From: Candidatus Terraquivivens tengchongensis
GTDB taxonomy: Archaea > Thermoproteota > Nitrososphaeria_A > Caldarchaeales > Wolframiiraptoraceae
Length of the DNA stretch: 64,000 nucleotides
Reading direction: 5' to 3'
NCBI GenBank assembly: GCA_023261845.1
Contig: JALNJZ010000001.1
Coordinates: 128,001 to 192,000, forward strand
A program made the translations under genes and the position numbers. Shown one piece after another: positions 61,228 through 64,000 of the stretch (its first letter is position 1; each line of letters starts with the position of its first letter). The notes beneath the pieces are model-generated. The model was not told the DNA's origin. It searched no databases and saw nothing but the letters and a program-made list of their open reading frames with translations.

Positions 61228-61355
61228 ATACGCATTCACATGTTTGGGTTCACGAGTTTTTAGTGTAGTACAATTGTATGGAATATCTGTCTTCTGATCT
61301 TAATTTAAGAATTTCAGTTTAAATAGTGAATTGTAACATAAAAAATGCGAATAAT

Positions 61356-64000
61356 ATGTTGGCGCTATCACCTGAAAAAGTTGCTTCAGACTTGCGAAAG
61401 CGAATATCTGGTGATGTATTATCAGAAGCTTGGCAAAGAGCACTTTACGCATCAGACGCTAGTTCATATTTCATAATGCCCCTTTGTGTTGTGCTCCCAA
61501 AGTCGAAAGATGACGTTATAGAGGTCGTAAAGTATGCTTCTGAAAATGGAATACCCTTGACTGCGAGAGGCGGTGGTAGTAGCCTTCTGGGCCAATCAGT
61601 TGGTGAGGGCATAATTATTGACTTTTCCAAATATATGAACAGGGTTCTAGAAATAAACCCTGATGAAAACTATGTGATTGTAGAGCCGGGCATCTACAAA
61701 TCTGTACTTGATAAGATCCTTGCGAAGTATGGTAAGATGTTTCCACCAGACCCCTCAAGTTCTGACTTCTGCACAATTGGTGGCATGATATCAACAAATG
61801 CTGCAGGCGCTCACACAGTAAAGTACGGCACCACAATTGATTATATAATATCCCTTGAGGTTGTTTTGAGCTCAGGTGAGGTAATAAGATGTAGAAGACT
61901 TAAAACAGATTCTGAAGAATGGAAAAAACTCATTTCAGAAAATATGCACGAAGCTAGAATATATGAAGGTCTAAGGAAGTTATTGGAAGAACATGATGAG
62001 TTAATACGAGAAAGGTTCCCAAAGTTGAGCAAGAATTCATCCGGTTACAGACTTGACAAAGTATTCAACGATGGCTTCATAGATTTAGGGAAACTCTTTG
62101 CTGCCTCTGAAGGTACGCTTGGTATAATAGTTTCCGCTAAACTGAGAATTGTTAATAAGCCTAAACATACAGCGCTGGTACTCCTGAACTTTGATGATCT
62201 TCACAAGGCTGGTGCAGCAGTCCAAGAGGTGCTTAAGCTTAAGCCTTCGGCCATCGAAATGGTGGATAGGAGCCTCATAGATTCTTCAAGAAACCTATAT
62301 CCAGAAATAAACGAATTTATACCGAAAAACACAACGGCGTCATTATACATTGAATTTGAGGGTGACGATTTAGGAGAGATTGAAAAGAGCATATCCGAAC
62401 TAGAGGAGTTTCTTAAGAATAAAAACTTAGTGGTCAGTAGTTTTAGAGCATTTGACCTGGCCGGTATGAAGAAGCTTTGGTCTGTAAGGAAGAAGAGTCT
62501 TGGTTTCGCTTACAAATTCAAGCAAGACGGGAAGAGTGCAAACTTTACGTTCATAGAAGACTTAGTAGTTCCGCCGGATAGATTGGCAGAACTTGTGGAC
62601 TCCGTCAGTAAAATATTGAAGAAGCATAACCTTAACTTCCTTATATCAGGTCACGCAGGGGATGGGAACGTTCACTTAAGACCTCTATTGAACCTTAACG
62701 ATAAGAAGGACTTTGACCTTATACCGATTGTTGCGTCTGAGGTGTTTGAACTTACAAAGAGCCTTGGCGGAAGCATAAGCGGTGAGCACGGTGACGGAAT
62801 GATTAGGGCGAAATACTTAAGGCTCCAGTATGGCGAAGAGCTTCTGAAAGTATTTTTGGACATAAAGCGCCTCTTAGACCCTGCTAATATAATGAATCCT
62901 GGGAAGAAGCTTGGCTTAAATGATATAAAACTTGAGGGGTTAAGGACAAGACCAGACATACGTTTGAGGGAGTTTAAGACACAATTGCTTTGGGACGGAA
63001 AGACAAGTAGTATCAGGAAGTTACTAAGCGGCTACGACAAAAAACCTTCCTTAGTAGAGGAGGTGGAGTTATGTGTAGGATGCGGTTTATGCAAAGGTGG
63101 CGCACTTGTTGGTACAAGCCGTATGTGTCCCATCTTTGCAGCACTAGGCGATGAGGTTGATAGTTGTAGAGGTAGGATAAACTTGTTGAGGTGGCTTCTT
63201 AGAACCGAGAACTCGCCTGAGAAGTTTATTTCTTCAGAGGTATATAAAGAGGTTGTCTACGAGCATTGCATACAATGTCGGATGTGTCTCCTTGAATGTA
63301 CCGCCAACGTTGATGTAGGTAAGATTATGGCTGAGATGCGGGCATGGTATTCAAGCGTCAAGGGTATACCTAAGGGGTACAGGTATTTTATAGAAATAGA
63401 TAAATACGCAAGGATTGGCTCAATGTTCGCTCCTATCTCAAATTGGATGATGAAGAGCAAATTCTTTAGGATTTTAGCGGAATACTTCATTGGGCTGGAT
63501 AGAAACAGAAATCTCCCACCGTTTCATAGAAAAACTTTCAAGAAAATGTTTGAAGAGTACAGCAAGACGCATAATACAAATGGCAATAAACGCGTCGTTT
63601 TCTTCTATGATACATACATCAACTATAATGATCCGGAACTTGGAATCGCTATAGTTAAAATCCTTGAACTTAACGGTTTTCAGGTAATCGCACCCCCGCA
63701 ACTTTCCAGCGGTCTACCAGCAATTAACGAAGGCGCTCCCTCTATAGGCAGGAAAATTGCTGAATTTAACGTTATGAATCTTGCACCGTATGCTAGAAAC
63801 GGCATTCCGATAGTATGTTTCTCACCCGCGGCAAGTCTTGCATTAAAGCATGAATATCTTGACCTACTTGATACAGACGATGCCCACGTAGTTTCAGAGA
63901 ACACATATGATATTCATGAATTCTTGTATAAACTTTATGAGGACGGTATGCTTAACAGAAACTTTCGTAGAGTACAAGAAGATGCTCATGTTCACCTTCA
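61356..64000 (+). CDS. FAD-binding (GlcD-like) plus Fe-S (GlpC-like) oxidoreductase, YdiJ-like; runs off the window
   Basis: LYASDAS, RGGGSSLLGQ, HAGDGNVH, SGEHGDG, CVGCGLC..MCP and CIQCRMCLLEC in one frame from ATG 61356; absent from the ORF track because it has no stop in the window. Confidence 0.88.
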   Translation, partial: MLALSPEKVASDLRKRISGDVLSEAWQRALYASDASSYFIMPLCVVLPKSKDDVIEVVKYASENGIPLTARGGGSSLLGQSVGEGIIIDFSKYMNRVLEINPDENYVIVEPGIYKSVLDKILAKYGKMFPPDPSSSDFCTIGGMISTNAAGAHTVKYGTTIDYIISLEVVLSSGEVIRCRRLKTDSEEWKKLISENMHEARIYEGLRKLLEEHDELIRERFPKLSKNSSGYRLDKVFNDGFIDLGKLFAASEGTLGIIVSAKLRIVNKPKHTALVLLNFDDLHKAGAAVQEVLKLKPSAIEMVDRSLIDSSRNLYPEINEFIPKNTTASLYIEFEGDDLGEIEKSISELEEFLKNKNLVVSSFRAFDLAGMKKLWSVRKKSLGFAYKFKQDGKSANFTFIEDLVVPPDRLAELVDSVSKILKKHNLNFLISGHAGDGNVHLRPLLNLNDKKDFDLIPIVASEVFELTKSLGGSISGEHGDGMIRAKYLRLQYGEELLKVFLDIKRLLDPANIMNPGKKLGLNDIKLEGLRTRPDIRLREFKTQLLWDGKTSSIRKLLSGYDKKPSLVEEVELCVGCGLCKGGALVGTSRMCPIFAALGDEVDSCRGRINLLRWLLRTENSPEKFISSEVYKEVVYEHCIQCRMCLLECTANVDVGKIMAEMRAWYSSVKGIPKGYRYFIEIDKYARIGSMFAPISNWMMKSKFFRILAEYFIGLDRNRNLPPFHRKTFKKMFEEYSKTHNTNGNKRVVFFYDTYINYNDPELGIAIVKILELNGFQVIAPPQLSSGLPAINEGAPSIGRKIAEFNVMNLAPYARNGIPIVCFSPAASLALKHEYLDLLDTDDAHVVSENTYDIHEFLYKLYEDGMLNRNFRRVQEDAHVHL

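Noticed and set aside
61445-63904. Short minus-strand ORFs listed in the ORF track
   Set aside because: They are antisense to the long plus-strand oxidoreductase that runs off the window.
1-64000. CRISPR array, IS element, integrase or provirus
   Set aside because: No regularly spaced repeats, transposase/integrase motifs or duplicated tRNA ends were seen by eye.

Overview
Archaeal chromosomal window. The lineage is inferred as TACK, most like Nitrososphaerota/Aigarchaeota, from the NuoD/NuoI motifs, intron-containing tRNAs, TFE, Alba, aTrm56 and L40e. Housekeeping and energy content: a ~2260-aa membrane-anchored surface protein; SufC/SufB(D); GuaA; A-type ATP synthase genes split over three places (D...K, F-E-A-B, H-C; subunit I not in window); a partial complex I cluster in the order B-C-D-I-X-A-H, with a large insertion in NuoI and an unknown gene X; AspRS, FEN1, CDC48 and EF-1beta. 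There are four tRNA genes, three with non-canonical BHB introns, including a two-intron tRNA-Val(CAC). An unannotated dual-guide C/D box sRNA has atypical CGGA boxes and is predicted to target 23S rRNA helices 69 and 71. Accessory or decaying parts: two AT-rich GT-C glycosyltransferases, an ArsR/TauE module beside tRNA-Val(TAC), and a DsrE-TusA-SQR sulfur operon whose sqr is cut off next to an FmdE-ABC transporter block that has a NikR-like operator and is flanked by pseudogene debris. I saw no CRISPR array, transposase or integrase.
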